From positions 81,326 to 145,325 of the forward strand of contig CAYREY010000003.1 in the NCBI GenBank assembly GCA_964423405.1: DNA of 64,000 nt, read 5' to 3'. Numbering within the stretch: the first letter of the stretch is position 1; each line of letters starts with the position of its first letter. The position numbers and the translations under genes are program-made. The notes under the pieces are model-generated. The model did not search any database. It was given only the letters and a program-made list of their open reading frames with translations, and was not told the origin of the DNA. This DNA comes from an uncultured Chitinophaga sp. Its GTDB lineage: Bacteria; Bacteroidota; Bacteroidia; Chitinophagales; LD1. Positions 63,431 through 64,000 of the stretch are shown here, piece after piece.

Positions 63431-64000
63431 ATGATAGTAGCTGAAATACTGAAAAAACTGCCGGAAACATGTACATGGATGGTGCTGTTCAACCTATCAA
63501 AAATAAAAACATTTGCCGATGATGAGACCATCAAAAGAATGTATTTTTTGAACTCAAATGTACAGCTAAATGAGTTTACTCATGTTGTACTTACCAGCCA
63601 GGGCAGGTACGTAGCACCGGTTAACGGTAACTACCTTGTACATGGCGAAGAACTGGTTACATACGATTATACTGATACGGACACACTTGCCAAACGTTAC
63701 AACCACCTGTTGGCCGAGTTTAATGTAAATAATGCCGACAGCCTTGCTGTAGCAGTTGACAATGAATACGGTGATGTATGTCTGTACATAGAAATTGATA
63801 ATGCACTGGCAACTGCAAAAAGTGTGTTTAAAACCCCACCATCTAAATTGCATTACGACCTGCTGAATGCAGTTGGTGTAACGTATAAAGGCGGGCTACA
63901 AAGCAATGCAGGTTTTGTAGCCAGTTATCAAAATTCGCTGCCACTACATATCCAGTCGGCAATTTTTGCCGATTTTTCCCGAACCGACAATTGCAATTAC
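63431..64000 (+). CDS. Hypothetical protein, 3'-truncated by the window edge
   Basis: It is absent from the ORF track because it has no in-window stop. Hand translation from the ATG at 63431 gives MIVAEILKKLPETCTWMVLFNLSKIKTFADDETIKRMYFLNSNVQLNEFTHVVLTSQGRYVAPVNG... and stays open for 190 codons to the edge. I recognise no family. It is divergent from the oxygenase-GT2-GT-C operon. Confidence 0.55.
   Translation, partial: MIVAEILKKLPETCTWMVLFNLSKIKTFADDETIKRMYFLNSNVQLNEFTHVVLTSQGRYVAPVNGNYLVHGEELVTYDYTDTDTLAKRYNHLLAEFNVNNADSLAVAVDNEYGDVCLYIEIDNALATAKSVFKTPPSKLHYDLLNAVGVTYKGGLQSNAGFVASYQNSLPLHIQSAIFADFSRTDNCNY

Noticed and set aside
63566-63853. A 95-aa minus-strand ORF near the right edge
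   Set aside because: It is antisense to a longer plus-strand frame that is open from 63431 to the window end. Its sequence is Cys/Phe/Val-rich with no features.
1-64000. A search for mobile elements, integrases, transposases, tRNA/rRNA genes, and toxin-antitoxin or restriction/defence gene pairs
   Set aside because: No ORF in any frame shows DDE or tyrosine-recombinase motifs. There are no long terminal inverted or direct repeats flanking a block, and no tRNA-like cloverleaf candidates in the short intergenic regions. The paralogy in the cargo genes is explained by in-situ duplication and recombination.

Overview
This is a Bacteroidota-type chromosomal segment. The evidence is T9SS type A and type B C-terminal sorting domains, a PorP/SprF gene, and TAnnTTTG-type -7 boxes. 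No rRNA, tRNA, CRISPR array, transposase or integrase is visible. About half of the 64 kb encodes seven large secreted repeat proteins, all on the minus strand except the 492-aa type A cargo at 28478..29956:
- a 3'-truncated SBBP/Ig-repeat protein at the left edge, absent from the ORF track
- a 1670-aa type B cargo in a cargo-PorP/SprF-OmpA operon
- a 492-aa type A cargo with three unknown repeats
- a run of three mosaic paralogues of 1018, 973 and 1420 aa
- a 3522-aa type A cargo holding an 18 x 252-bp in-frame tandem array

Between these lie housekeeping and accessory genes:
- collagen-like protein, GH33 sialidase, LpxL-family acyltransferase, PhoD-like phosphatase
- TPR-DUF2971 protein, DUF2177 protein, DUF4476 protein, CvfB-like S1 protein
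- GTDC1/DUF3524-like glycosyltransferase and a cytochrome c/FTR1 permease fusion
- a PAS kinase-Usp-CoA transferase-RR/cNMP/Crp operon with a divergent CheY and ATPase, and a glutathione peroxidase

The two best candidates for something undescribed:
1. A translationally coupled operon of a 2OG-oxygenase, a GT2 and a TMTC-like GT-C/TPR protein, directly upstream of the 3522-aa Ig-repeat adhesin. It may be a periplasmic protein-glycosylation system.
2. The chimeric architecture of the three-gene cargo run, in which one N-terminal module is joined to either a type A or a type B T9SS sorting domain.

All family names come from motif recognition by eye. No database search was run.
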